Below are positions 54,507 to 64,000 of a stretch of DNA of 64,000 nt, piece by piece. Both the position numbers and the translations under genes were made by a program. Where the stretch lies: the NCBI GenBank assembly GCA_903944345.1, contig CAJARJ010000002.1:1969-65968 (forward strand). Reading direction: 5' to 3'. Source of the stretch: Candidatus Omnitrophota bacterium. Lineage in GTDB: Bacteria > Omnitrophota > Gorgyraeia > Zapsychrales > Fredricksoniimonadaceae. The stretch's first letter is position 1, and every line of letters begins with the position of its first letter. Below the pieces are notes generated by a model. It searched no databases and was not told the DNA's origin. It worked only from the letters and a program-made list of their open reading frames with translations.

Positions 54507-55468
54507 TTTTTCTTTTTCCCGGCGCAAGCCAGCTCCGAACGAAACCAGGCTATTGTCCTGGTCAAGCCTTGCTCCAGATCAATCTTAGGCTCCCAGCCCA
54601 GCCGGGTCCGGGCAACCGTAATATCCGGCCGGCGCTGTTTGGGATCGTCTTCGGGCAACGGCTCGTGCACAATCCGGCTTTTGCTTCCGGTCAACTTCAG
54701 CACCTGACGGGCAAACTCGAGCATGGTAAACTCCCCGGGATTCCCGATATTCACCGGCCCCGGCTCGGACGAAAACAAAAGCCGCAAAATCCCGTCAGCT
54801 TCGTCCTCGACATAACAAAACGAACGCGTCTGGCGGCCATCACCGTAAACCGTTAACGGCTCTCCCTTGATGGCTTGACAAATAAAATTAGGAACAACCC
54901 GTCCGTCATTCATATTCATCCTGGGCCCATAGGTATTAAAAATCCGGACAACACGGGTGTCCACCTTGAACGTACGCCGGTAAGCAAACACCGCTGCCTC
55001 GGCATACCGCTTGGCTTCATCGTAAACACTGCGCGAACCAATCGGATTGACATGTCCCCAGTAAGTTTCTTTCTGGGGGTGCTCCTTGGGGTCACCATAA
55101 ACTTCCGAGGTTGAGGTCAAAAGGTAAACCGCTTTCTTGGTACGGGCCAGCTCCAGTGTCTGGTGGGTTCCCTGGGAACCGACGAGCAATGTTTCTATTG
55201 GATAATTCAGATAATCCACCGGACTAGCCGGAGAGGCGCAATGCATGACATAGTCCACCCGTCCGGCAATCTTGAAGGGGCGTGACACATCCTGCTTGAT
55301 AAAAACAAAATCCTTGTTCCCGAGCAAATGGGCAATATTAGCCTTTTTGCCGGTAATAAAATTGTCCAGACAGATCACGCGGTGCCCGCGCTCGATCAAC
55401 TGGTCGCACATATGGCTGGCCAGAAACCCTGCCCCGCCGGTCACGACTGTAACTTTCTTTGCTGGCAT
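54503..55468 (-). CDS. UDP-glucuronate decarboxylase (UXS)
   Basis: [36 protein letters not shown] and DDPKQR motifs. Confidence 0.92.
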   Translation of the reverse strand: MPAKKVTVVTGGAGFLASHMCDQLIERGHRVICLDNFITGKKANIAHLLGNKDFVFIKQDVSRPFKIAGRVDYVMHCASPASPVDYLNYPIETLLVGSQGTHQTLELARTKKAVYLLTSTSEVYGDPKEHPQKETYWGHVNPIGSRSVYDEAKRYAEAAVFAYRRTFKVDTRVVRIFNTYGPRMNMNDGRVVPNFICQAIKGEPLTVYGDGRQTRSFCYVEDEADGILRLLFSSEPGPVNIGNPGEFTMLEFARQVLKLTGSKSRIVHEPLPEDDPKQRRPDITVARTRLGWEPKIDLEQGLTRTIAWFRSELACAGKKKK

Positions 55469-55486
55469 ACATTCCTTTCAGGTGTG

Positions 55487-56788
55487 TCAAAGCCGGGTAA
55501 TTTTGTCCGACCGTATCCCCTGGTAAATATTTTTTACATCAAAAACCGCCTGTGCGTGTTTGAGCACCTTCTTGTAATCAATTCCGCTGTGATCCACAGC
55601 CGCCACCACACAATCCTGCTGCGCGATCAATCCGGGCGTAAGCGCAACACCTTCCATCTTGAGTCCGTCAATATGCAGATACGGAATAAGCGGATCATGA
55701 AACTGCACCTGAACCCCGGCCTTGCCCAGCACATCAATAAAATGCACGGCCGGCGACTTGCGCAAATCCCTGACGTCTTTTTTGTACGTCACGCCCAAAA
55801 CCAGCACCCTGGCGCCCTTCAAGTCCCGGCCACTAACGGCCAGCAGTTCCTGTACCCGGGAGAGCGCGTACCGGGGCATTGCCGTATTAATGTCCGCAGA
55901 CAATTTAATAAACTTGGACGAGAAACCCCTTTGCCTGGCTTTCCAGTAAAGATAAATAGGGTCTTCGGGGATACAATGCCCGCCCACTCCGAGCCCGGGA
56001 TAAAAAGGCATAAACCCGAAAGGCTTGGTTTTGGCTGCATCAATGGCCTCCCAGATATCAATATGCATGGCCCGGCACATCATCGCCGCCTCATTGACCC
56101 AGCTGATATTGATCAGGCGAAACGTGTTCTCCAGAAGCTTGGCCATTTCGGCCGCCCGCGGCGAGGACACTGTATGAATATGGGGAATAACTGTTTTGTA
56201 CAAAGTCGCGGCAGTTTCATTGCACGCAGCCGTCACTCCGCCAAGAACCTTGGGGATGGCAGAAAGCTTGTGCGTGGTATTTCCGGGATCAATCCGTTCC
56301 GGTGAAAAAGCCAAAAAAATATCACGGCCGACTTTCAGCCCGCTTTTCTCGAGTTCGGGCATGATCAGTTCCTCGGTGGTGCCGGGATAGGTGGTGCTTT
56401 CCAGAACAACCAGCGTCCCCTTGCTCAAATGGGCCGCAACCGAACGCACCGCCGACAAAATAAATGAAATATCAGGAGTGTACCGGCGCTTGATCGGAGT
56501 CGGAACGCAGATGATAACCGCCCGGCAATCGTGCACAAGCGCAAAATCCGAGGAAGGGACAAAAGTTTTCTTCTTCAACTGACGGGAAATGTCTTGGTCG
56601 GCAACATCGGTTATATAGCTGCAGCCTTCCGCCAGACGGCGAATCTTGTCCGCACTGGTGTCGATTCCGTAGGTCACAAACCCCTTCGCCGCAAACGTCA
56701 GCGCGAGGGGCAAGCCCACATACCCCTGGCCGATAACCGCAATACGCAGTTTCCGTTCGGCGATGCTTTTAAGCAGGGCTTTACGCAT
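55487..56788 (-). CDS. Nucleotide-sugar (UDP-HexNAc) 6-dehydrogenase
   Basis: GQGYVGLP, CVPTP, ESTTYPGTT, SPERIDPG, KLLEN and GGHCI motifs. Confidence 0.92.
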   Translation of the reverse strand: MRKALLKSIAERKLRIAVIGQGYVGLPLALTFAAKGFVTYGIDTSADKIRRLAEGCSYITDVADQDISRQLKKKTFVPSSDFALVHDCRAVIICVPTPIKRRYTPDISFILSAVRSVAAHLSKGTLVVLESTTYPGTTEELIMPELEKSGLKVGRDIFLAFSPERIDPGNTTHKLSAIPKVLGGVTAACNETAATLYKTVIPHIHTVSSPRAAEMAKLLENTFRLINISWVNEAAMMCRAMHIDIWEAIDAAKTKPFGFMPFYPGLGVGGHCIPEDPIYLYWKARQRGFSSKFIKLSADINTAMPRYALSRVQELLAVSGRDLKGARVLVLGVTYKKDVRDLRKSPAVHFIDVLGKAGVQVQFHDPLIPYLHIDGLKMEGVALTPGLIAQQDCVVAAVDHSGIDYKKVLKHAQAVFDVKNIYQGIRSDKITRL

Positions 56789-58106
56789 TGCGCCTGCCCC
56801 CTATGCCGTAATACTCAAACCCGAGATCGCCGACAGACTTCTCGTCGAGGAAGTTCCTCCCGTCGAAAATGACTGCCTGACGCATAAGCTCCCGAACCTT
56901 GGCCATATCAAGCCCCGAAAATTCCGTCCACTCGGTTAACAGGAGCAGGCAGTCCGCGCCCCGTGCCGCGGCATAAGGATCGGGGCAAAACTTTACATTG
57001 CGCAGCATTTTGGCAGCATTATCCATGGCCTGCGGATCATAGGCCTGGATCAGCGCCCCTTCCGCCTGCAGCGCCTCAATCACGTCCAGAGAGGCCGCAC
57101 GCCGCATATCGTCGGTGTCCGGCTTGAAAGCCAGACCCCAGACCGCCACAGTCTTGTCTTTGAGAATCCAAAGTTTGTCTTCGATCAGCCGGATAAAGCT
57201 CTGCTTCTGTTCTTCATTGACCTGGCGAACACTTTTAAGAATACTGAAATCGTAGCCGTTCTTCTCGGCCAGCCGGATAAAAGCATCAACATCCTTCGGG
57301 AAACAGCTGCCGCCATACCCGATCCCGGCATTAAGGAAGGATCGTCCGATCCGGCGGTCATAGCCCATCCCTTCGGCAACCTTGCCGACATCCGCCCCGA
57401 CCCGTTCACAGATCTGGGCAACGGAATTGATAAAAGAAATCTTGGTAGCCAGAAAAGAGTTGGAGGCATGCTTGATCATTTCCGCTGTAGCAACGTTCGT
57501 GACCACAATCTTGGTCTTGATCGGCTTGTATATCTCGCGTAAAAGACGTTCCGCCCGTTTGGACTCGACCCCGATCACGATCCGGTCAGGCTGCATGAAG
57601 TCGCTGATAGCCGAACCTTCCCGCAGAAATTCGGGATTGGACGCCACGTCAAACTCGACAGCGCCCTTTTTGTCTTTCCCCGACGAGGAAGGAAGATTCA
57701 AACGCACGGTCCGGGCAATACGGTCACCTGTCTGGGCAGGGACAGTCGACTTTTCCACCAGCAACTTGTAGGAATCCATGTTACGGGCCACTTCGCGCGC
57801 CACATTTTCAATATAAACCAGGTCGGCCTCACCGTTTTTCTTGGACGGAGTTCCAACCGCAATAAAAATGACCGAAGCCTTTTTAGCCGCCTCGGCAATC
57901 GAGGTACTGAAGGTCAGCCGGCTATTTTTCCGGTATTTCTCCAGCAGCTCTTCCAGTCCGGGTTCATAAATCGGCACATGCCCGGCCTTGAGCTGACGGA
58001 TTTTTTCCGCATTATTATCCACACAAACAACCGTGTGCCCGATGTGCGCAAGACACGCTCCGGTTACTAGCCCGACATATCCCGACCCGACAATAGCTAT
58101 ATCCAT
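56781..58106 (-). CDS. ugd: UDP-glucose 6-dehydrogenase
   Basis: GSGYVGL, PIYEPGL, KSTVP, NPEFLREG, GGSCFPKD and FKPDTDDMR motifs. Confidence 0.95.
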   Translation of the reverse strand: MDIAIVGSGYVGLVTGACLAHIGHTVVCVDNNAEKIRQLKAGHVPIYEPGLEELLEKYRKNSRLTFSTSIAEAAKKASVIFIAVGTPSKKNGEADLVYIENVAREVARNMDSYKLLVEKSTVPAQTGDRIARTVRLNLPSSSGKDKKGAVEFDVASNPEFLREGSAISDFMQPDRIVIGVESKRAERLLREIYKPIKTKIVVTNVATAEMIKHASNSFLATKISFINSVAQICERVGADVGKVAEGMGYDRRIGRSFLNAGIGYGGSCFPKDVDAFIRLAEKNGYDFSILKSVRQVNEEQKQSFIRLIEDKLWILKDKTVAVWGLAFKPDTDDMRRAASLDVIEALQAEGALIQAYDPQAMDNAAKMLRNVKFCPDPYAAARGADCLLLLTEWTEFSGLDMAKVRELMRQAVIFDGRNFLDEKSVGDLGFEYYGIGGRRNA

Positions 58107-58121
58107 ATATTCCGTTCCTGT

Positions 58122-60257
58122 CTAGAATGCTGCGTTCTGATCAACCTTGCGCTTGTTATAACTCGTGCCGCCGTCAAACATAACCGACGGGAACGCCTTG
58201 AGTCGAAAAATAACCCATATCTCGGTAGAGTTGTCCGTATACCCCTGCTTGTCCTTGTAGGCCAACTCGACTTCCCAGGAATGCAGATCACGCACCAGCG
58301 AATACTGCTGATCCTGCCAGCTGCCGGAGTCAATATTCCAGCGGTCATAAATCACCGCCCGCCACTTGGGATTGAAAGTATATGCCAGCTGGGTCGTCAA
58401 AAGATCGTCATCGTCACGGGTAAAACGCCGGCCAATGTCCAGTTCCCAATTCTTGAGATTCCGGAAATAGGCATCAATGTTCATGGTTTCCATCGCGCGG
58501 CTTTCATCATCAAACGTCATGTCCTGATGCAGGGTCACATACGGACTGGGATAAACTTCATTCTGCCATTTCACCGGGCCAAATCCACCCCGGGAGGTTT
58601 CTCTCTCATGATTGTGCAGGCGAAAATCGCTGGTTAACAGCGAACGGGCAAGGTCGACGCTGCGTCCCTTGCGTTTGGTCTGCAAGGTATTGTCCAAGCC
58701 AAGGGAAATATCGTTGATCTGCGCCCGGCTATCTACCTCGTCAAAAGAAAAAAGCTTGGCTGACTCCAGGGTAGGATGCCGCTGGTACAAATACGATACC
58801 GTCGGAGTCACCACATGCCTGAGCTTGTTAACTTCAACCCCGAACCGGTCGAAATCGGCATCGAAGACCCGATAAAACTTCGTACTGACATCCATTCCCG
58901 TCCGGAAAATACCACGGACAGAATCATTATCGGCCTTGTCGATTGTCCGCGTAAAATAAGTCTGCTCGGTTCCGGCAAAGGGACGCATTTCCAGAAAAGA
59001 AAGCTTGAACGGCCGGGACAGCTCGGTATCGGAATCCATACGGACGGTTCGCTGGGAGACATCACTGGCCGAAGGATATTTTCTGATCAGACGGGAAGCC
59101 GTGTTCAGGCTTTTGAAATAAAACCCGGTATCGGCAATCGGCTGATTGCTCCAGCTAAGACTGCCCTCCGGAAGCCGTTCCACACCTTCCTCAAAACGGT
59201 TGGTGCGCACATCCGTACGCAATGCCGCCGTGACACGGTCGGCGTTGTGCGTCAATACCGCAAAACTGGCCGGAGACTTGTCTTCGCGGTATTCCCGTTC
59301 AAAATAAGTCTTGAGCACATCATTATCGGACATCTTGTAAAACTGCATGATCAGACCTGTCCTCGGATCAATGTCCAGCTTGTGCCGCCATTCCAGACGG
59401 TAACGCTCCCGTTCCACTGTCGCGAAATCCCTGGGCAGCCAGACGTGCTTGTCGTGAATCAGCCGTTCGTTCATATAATACGTCCTGACCAGGCCCTGGC
59501 CAAACCACATCGGATCATATTTGAGATCCACGCCCCAGGCAACATCGCGGCGTTCCCTGTAATCAAAATGATAGGTAGTCTCGGTACGACTGGTGGGACG
59601 CACACGGTAACGGGTCAACAAATAAGCACCAAAGTCCTTGGAATAACCGGGGATAACACTAAAATGCGGGCGATTGTCTCTCAAATCCTGGGTGTACCTG
59701 GGCAGATAAAGAACCGGCAGCGCTCCCAGATACATGGTCGAGGAGGTGGCCACCGCCTTATCACCCGGCCAGACCTCAATCCGGCGCGACTTGATCCGAT
59801 ACTCGGGATCATCATAATCGCTGGTTGACAGCCAGCCGTCCGAAAGCAGATAGTAGTTTTCCCCCACACGGGTGATGGAGGCCGCCTGACCGAAAACCGG
59901 ATAAGAAAAAATCCTGGCATTCGTGAATTCGCCACGTTTGGTGCCAAAATTATAAAAGGCTTTTTCTGCCCAGACACTACCCTTGTCGGATTCCAGCATC
60001 ACATCGCCATAAGCGTGCGCCTCCTTACGGTCACGATAAAATTCGACCCGATCACAAAAAAGCACCGCGCCGTCCTGATGCAGGACAACATTTCCGCTGG
60101 CCACAAACTTGCCTTCATCTGCCTGGAACTCGACCGAGTCACCGGTTAACTCAACCGGATTCGCGGGTTCGGCCAGAACCATCCCGCCGGAGGTAAGTGC
60201 GAACAAAAAAACAAGAACCAAACACAATCTTCCCGGCATCTTTGCGTTATTTGTCAT
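58122..60257 (-). CDS. lptD: LPS-assembly outer membrane protein LptD
   Basis: Signal peptide, OstA-like N-domain (A.GNV, A.GDV), PVLYLP, beta-barrel-like composition with HVVTP.V.Y, terminal Phe. Confidence 0.8.
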   Translation of the reverse strand: MTNNAKMPGRLCLVLVFLFALTSGGMVLAEPANPVELTGDSVEFQADEGKFVASGNVVLHQDGAVLFCDRVEFYRDRKEAHAYGDVMLESDKGSVWAEKAFYNFGTKRGEFTNARIFSYPVFGQAASITRVGENYYLLSDGWLSTSDYDDPEYRIKSRRIEVWPGDKAVATSSTMYLGALPVLYLPRYTQDLRDNRPHFSVIPGYSKDFGAYLLTRYRVRPTSRTETTYHFDYRERRDVAWGVDLKYDPMWFGQGLVRTYYMNERLIHDKHVWLPRDFATVERERYRLEWRHKLDIDPRTGLIMQFYKMSDNDVLKTYFEREYREDKSPASFAVLTHNADRVTAALRTDVRTNRFEEGVERLPEGSLSWSNQPIADTGFYFKSLNTASRLIRKYPSASDVSQRTVRMDSDTELSRPFKLSFLEMRPFAGTEQTYFTRTIDKADNDSVRGIFRTGMDVSTKFYRVFDADFDRFGVEVNKLRHVVTPTVSYLYQRHPTLESAKLFSFDEVDSRAQINDISLGLDNTLQTKRKGRSVDLARSLLTSDFRLHNHERETSRGGFGPVKWQNEVYPSPYVTLHQDMTFDDESRAMETMNIDAYFRNLKNWELDIGRRFTRDDDDLLTTQLAYTFNPKWRAVIYDRWNIDSGSWQDQQYSLVRDLHSWEVELAYKDKQGYTDNSTEIWVIFRLKAFPSVMFDGGTSYNKRKVDQNAAF

Positions 60258-61170
60258 GACAGACCAGAACCTTTGCGCCCACAAGACCGGCATCTGTCCC
60301 CAGACGCGCCCGGACAACTTTCACCATGCCGGCCTGGATCTTCATGCAGCGACGTTTGATGGTTTCTTCTATGGCCGGACGGATAAAATCAAAACTTCCG
60401 GCAACGCCCCCGCCAATAACGATCCTTGACGGATTAAGTATATTGATCGTCCCGACCAGACCTGTACCAACGCGGCCGCCGACCACGGCCCAGAAACCCA
60501 GGGCCTTTTTATTACCCTCGACCGCCAGCCGGTAGACGTCTTCCAGAGAAATATCTTTGCGCCCAAACGCGGCTGCCGCATTCTTCTGCAAACAACGATT
60601 GCCGACATACTGCTCGAAACAGCCCCAGCCACCACAACCGCAGGCCGGCCCCTCCTCATTGAGAGGCGCATGACCAATTTCGCCCGCCGCAAAACCCGGG
60701 CCACGATAAATTGCATTATTCAGAATTAATCCACCGCCGACGCCTGTTCCAAGAGTAATACAAACCAGATCATGCACACCGCGTCCGGCGCCGAATTTCC
60801 ATTCACCCAGCGTTATCATGTTGACATCGTTCTCCAGAACGACCTCCATGCGCAATTTACGCTGCAGGATTCTTCTGAGCGGAACATCCAGCCAGCCAGG
60901 AATATTCGGCAGTATCCGCACAATTCCCTTGTCTGCATCCACCAGCCCCGGCAATCCGACACCCACCCCGGCTACAGCGCTGCGATCAATGCCACGAGCC
61001 GCCATAAGCGCCTGCACAGCCTGAACCAACGCATCAATCAAAACTGCCGGCTGGCTGACATGAGCCCCGGTGGAAAAAGACGAGCGGGCGATAACCTTGC
61101 CTTTGACATTGACCACACCCAGCTTGACATTGGTTCCGCCGACATCAATACCGATGACATATTGAGACAT
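60247..61170 (-). CDS. ROK-family sugar kinase (glucokinase)
   Basis: GIDVGGT, ENDVN, TLGTGVGGG, GEIGH and CGCG..GCFE motifs. Confidence 0.92.
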   Translation of the reverse strand: MSQYVIGIDVGGTNVKLGVVNVKGKVIARSSFSTGAHVSQPAVLIDALVQAVQALMAARGIDRSAVAGVGVGLPGLVDADKGIVRILPNIPGWLDVPLRRILQRKLRMEVVLENDVNMITLGEWKFGAGRGVHDLVCITLGTGVGGGLILNNAIYRGPGFAAGEIGHAPLNEEGPACGCGGWGCFEQYVGNRCLQKNAAAAFGRKDISLEDVYRLAVEGNKKALGFWAVVGGRVGTGLVGTINILNPSRIVIGGGVAGSFDFIRPAIEETIKRRCMKIQAGMVKVVRARLGTDAGLVGAKVLVCHDK

Positions 61171-61273
61171 AAATCGTTTCCGCATGAGAAGTTTGATTTC
61201 AGGATAAAATATTATTCTACACAAAAAAACCGCCGGTGCAACTGCTATCGGGCGTTAATTACAGGATCCGGGA

Positions 61274-62302
61274 TTAGGCCTCCAGTTGATAAATGCTAAA
61301 GCCCGCCACCTGATCCCGGCCTTTCTTCTTGGCTCGGTACAAAGCCCAATCAGCTTTATCCAGCAATTCATCAGGCTGACGGGCATCATCAGGAAAAGTG
61401 GCAGCCCCTATGCTGAGAGTCACCGTCAGCACAGCATCAAAAGCGCGTATCTTCGCCTCACGAACGGCCGAACGGATGCGCTCGGCTGTCAACATCGCAC
61501 CAGCCTTGTCGGTGTCCGGCAGAATGACACAAAATTCTTCTCCACCATAACGGCCGGCAATATCGATCTCTCGAATATTCTCATTAATCAAACGGGCTGT
61601 TTCTCTCAGGATAACATCTCCCGTCAGATGGCCATACCGGTCATTGACCTGCTTGAAATGATCCAGGTCAATCATGAGAAACGAAACAAACGATTGCCGC
61701 AACTGCGCACGCCCGAACTCTTCGGCAAAACGTTCCATAAAATGCCTCCGGGTATGCAGTTGAGTCAGGCCGTCAGTGATCGCCATTCTTTCCAGCTCGC
61801 TATAAAGACGAATCCGCTTGAGTGCCAGGGCAAACTGATGGGCCAGAATGACAAAGATTTCTTCATCCCCCTCGGGCAACCCCTTGTAAGCCAGTTCCCC
61901 CAAAACCTTGCGTTTGGCTTTGAGCGAAAAAAAACGGTATCCGTGGTATTTTTCCGGGGACGGCGAAGAAAGGCGCGGCACCGGCAGCATCCGGCAATCC
62001 TCAAACGAAGTCTGGCGCGCCAGATGAGCCCGGAAAGACTGGAAAGCCGCCGCCTCATCAAAGGTCCCGGTGACCTCCCGCGTAAATTCATAAAGCGTAA
62101 AAATACGGTTGGCCTCTTCTTGCAGGCGCTTTTTCTCCTGCGCCAGATCATCCTTGCGCTGAATGATGCCGAAATACGCCTCCTTGACTTTCATCACATC
62201 ATTATCCGCAGTTTCCTCCAGCTGAAGAACCACCACCTTGGCCAGATATACCACCAGAATAACAAAAGCAACAACCAGAACAAACATGAGATAGACATGC
62301 AT
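61274..62302 (-). CDS. Membrane-anchored diguanylate cyclase
   Basis: N-terminal TM; DGLT, DLDHFK.VND, RYGGEEF with upstream RxxD (REID). Confidence 0.92.
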   Translation of the reverse strand: MHVYLMFVLVVAFVILVVYLAKVVVLQLEETADNDVMKVKEAYFGIIQRKDDLAQEKKRLQEEANRIFTLYEFTREVTGTFDEAAAFQSFRAHLARQTSFEDCRMLPVPRLSSPSPEKYHGYRFFSLKAKRKVLGELAYKGLPEGDEEIFVILAHQFALALKRIRLYSELERMAITDGLTQLHTRRHFMERFAEEFGRAQLRQSFVSFLMIDLDHFKQVNDRYGHLTGDVILRETARLINENIREIDIAGRYGGEEFCVILPDTDKAGAMLTAERIRSAVREAKIRAFDAVLTVTLSIGAATFPDDARQPDELLDKADWALYRAKKKGRDQVAGFSIYQLEA

Positions 62303-62304
62303 GG

Positions 62305-63603
62305 CTATCCTCCCGCCGCACAAACCCGATTGCGCCCCTTGTTCTTGGCCATGTAAAGCGCGGCGTCAGCCTTGGCCACCAGATCATCCACGGCCCGGGC
62401 ATCCCCTGGAAAAGCCGCCACTCCGGCCGAGATGGTAATACGCGTCTTCTCCCGGCGCAAAGAAATGCTCTGGGATTCCACGGCCCGGACAAAAACCTGG
62501 GCCTGCGTCAAGGCTTCACGTAAAGAACATTCCGCAAGCAAAACGCAGAATTCTTCTCCTCCGTAACGGCAGATTATATTGCCTGGCTTGTCGAAATGCT
62601 TCTTGAGCAGTGCCGCCAGATGTTTAAGCAGGATATCTCCCGCCATATGGCCAAAGCGGTCGTTATACCCCTTGAAATGATCCAGATCCAGAAAAAGCAA
62701 AGACAGCATGCGATCAGTCCGCGTATGCCGCTGAACCTCTTCCTGACAACGCTCCAGAAAATATCTCTTTAGAAATAACCCCGTAAGCCCATCCCGAATC
62801 GCCAAATCTTCTACCCGGTCATAAAGCTGGGCATTCTCGAGGGCAACCGCGGCCGGATCTCCAATGGCCTTGAGAAAACGCAAATCTTCCTCATGAAAGC
62901 GATTAGGTAAAGGACTATCCACACGCAGAATCCCGACCGGAGTATTATGAACCATCAGCGGCACGCTTAAAAGCGAGCGAACCTGTCGAGTGTCCGCCTC
63001 CCTTTTGCCGGCATCAAAACGAAAATCGTTAAGAATATCTTCCAGCAGAAGCGGCTGCAGATTCTTGATCACCCAGCGATCAAAAACATCTCCGCGTTTG
63101 ACACGAATATTCAGCGGACGACCGCCGAGCTCGGCGCTGGCAATGGCCAGTTCCGCAGAATGCGGATCACACAAGTAAACAATAATCGCAGGCTCATCCG
63201 GGCCAAACAACAACGCCGTCTCCCGCGAAAGAACGTGCAGAGTATCATCCAGCGACAAGCACTCTCCCAGACGTTCGACAAAACCCTTCAAACGGGAATA
63301 GCCAAGAATTTTCTTGCGGAAAGCCTCAATCAGACCGGACTCCCGGTCCAGATCGGCCTTGAGCAGGTTGGTCTTTTCAAAAAACTCTTCCCGCTGCAGT
63401 TTGACCTGCGAATGCTTGCGCTTGAGCCTTTGGTAGAAAAAAAACAGGATAATAATGTTAACAGCGAAGGCCAGGGTCAGGAAAAGAAAAAATCGGGAAT
63501 CATACCGGGCCGCATAGACAAAGAAACTGACCAGCGGCAAAAGCAGACTGACAATAAAAGGAATATAGTTTCTAGATAATCGTTTTTTCAGTATCGGGAT
63601 CAA
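62305..63603 (-). CDS. Membrane GAF-domain diguanylate cyclase
   Basis: Two TMs, GAF (RSLLSVPL...ALENAQLY) and RYGGEEF; start uncertain (TTG overlapping the upstream gene). Confidence 0.9.
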   Translation of the reverse strand: MIPILKKRLSRNYIPFIVSLLLPLVSFFVYAARYDSRFFLFLTLAFAVNIIILFFFYQRLKRKHSQVKLQREEFFEKTNLLKADLDRESGLIEAFRKKILGYSRLKGFVERLGECLSLDDTLHVLSRETALLFGPDEPAIIVYLCDPHSAELAIASAELGGRPLNIRVKRGDVFDRWVIKNLQPLLLEDILNDFRFDAGKREADTRQVRSLLSVPLMVHNTPVGILRVDSPLPNRFHEEDLRFLKAIGDPAAVALENAQLYDRVEDLAIRDGLTGLFLKRYFLERCQEEVQRHTRTDRMLSLLFLDLDHFKGYNDRFGHMAGDILLKHLAALLKKHFDKPGNIICRYGGEEFCVLLAECSLREALTQAQVFVRAVESQSISLRREKTRITISAGVAAFPGDARAVDDLVAKADAALYMAKNKGRNRVCAAGG

Positions 63604-64000
63604 AGAAGTGCACCTTGTTCATGTCGAAGACAACTTCCATGTCGCGATTGACTTCAGGCCGATTATGCGCCCCCACGCGGGCAATAAAGCCGTTCTTCCC
63701 GGAATTCAGGTACAAATAGACATCCGAACCCAACGGTTCAACAACTTCGCAGGTAACACGAATAGTGTTGTCCAAAGAGGCTTCGGAAACAAAAAGTTTG
63801 TCGTAAATATCTTCACTGCGAATACCAAAAATGACCGCACGGCCGGAATAAGGAGCAATCCGGTCAGACATCGAGTCCAGCAATCTGACCCGGAACTTGC
63901 CCTCATCAAAATAATACTTCTTGTCTTTCTTGAGGATCGTTCCGTTCATCAGATTGATCGGAGGTGTGCCGATAAAGCTGGCCACAAACTTGTTGGCAGG
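63572..64000 (-). CDS. MalK/UgpC-type sugar ABC ATPase, C-terminal part (partial)
   Basis: PANKFVASFIGTPPIN, GIRSEDI, VVEPLG and VHFFD motifs. Confidence 0.9.
   Translation of the reverse strand, partial: PANKFVASFIGTPPINLMNGTILKKDKKYYFDEGKFRVRLLDSMSDRIAPYSGRAVIFGIRSEDIYDKLFVSEASLDNTIRVTCEVVEPLGSDVYLYLNSGKNGFIARVGAHNRPEVNRDMEVVFDMNKVHFFDPDTEKTII

Noticed and set aside
61214-61256. Terminator or promoter between the cyclases and the ROK kinase
   Set aside because: An imperfect stem with a T7 run overlaps a TTGCAC-16-TAGAAT match; I cannot decide between them from sequence, so it was not called.
1-64000. All genes on one strand as a special signal
   Set aside because: This is compatible with ordinary leading-strand bias and long operons; it cannot be judged without the replichore position.

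Overview
A gene-dense 64-kb bacterial chromosome segment in which every credible gene lies on the minus strand. The organism is a diderm and most likely Omnitrophota/PVC; that placement is inferred from gene content and the paralogous protein family below, not from a search. Reading along the minus strand, it contains: a MalK-type ATPase (partial), two GGEEF diguanylate cyclases, a ROK kinase and lptD; a ~25-kb LPS/surface-glycan cluster; a reduced priA and fmt; dsbD plus a peroxiredoxin-like redoxin; two small exported Cys-rich proteins; a LemA-DUF2207 fusion; the glmU-prs-rplY-pth-rpsF-ssb-rpsR-rplI-dnaB operon; and the bamA-skp-lpxD-lpxC/fabZ-lpxA-lpxI operon. The main unusual feature is four paralogous large proteins arranged as two tandem pairs. 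They share a signal peptide and a conserved N-terminal domain, which in the three complete copies is ~330 aa and ends in PRKYFSGG. Those three then carry unrelated central cargo, often bounded by D-x-A-[MQV] motifs, and a conserved C-terminal GGI...DPAM...GL module. This architecture suggests a modular, polymorphic exported-protein or effector system. Other highlights are a candidate metal-sensing RPPP arrest peptide upstream of a secreted metallothionein-like protein, two apparently leaderless transcripts, a PriA lacking helicase and zinc motifs, and a probable branched deoxy-sugar pathway. No rRNA, tRNA, CRISPR array, integrase or transposase was seen. Many start codons were moved from the ORF track using ribosome-binding sites and homology.
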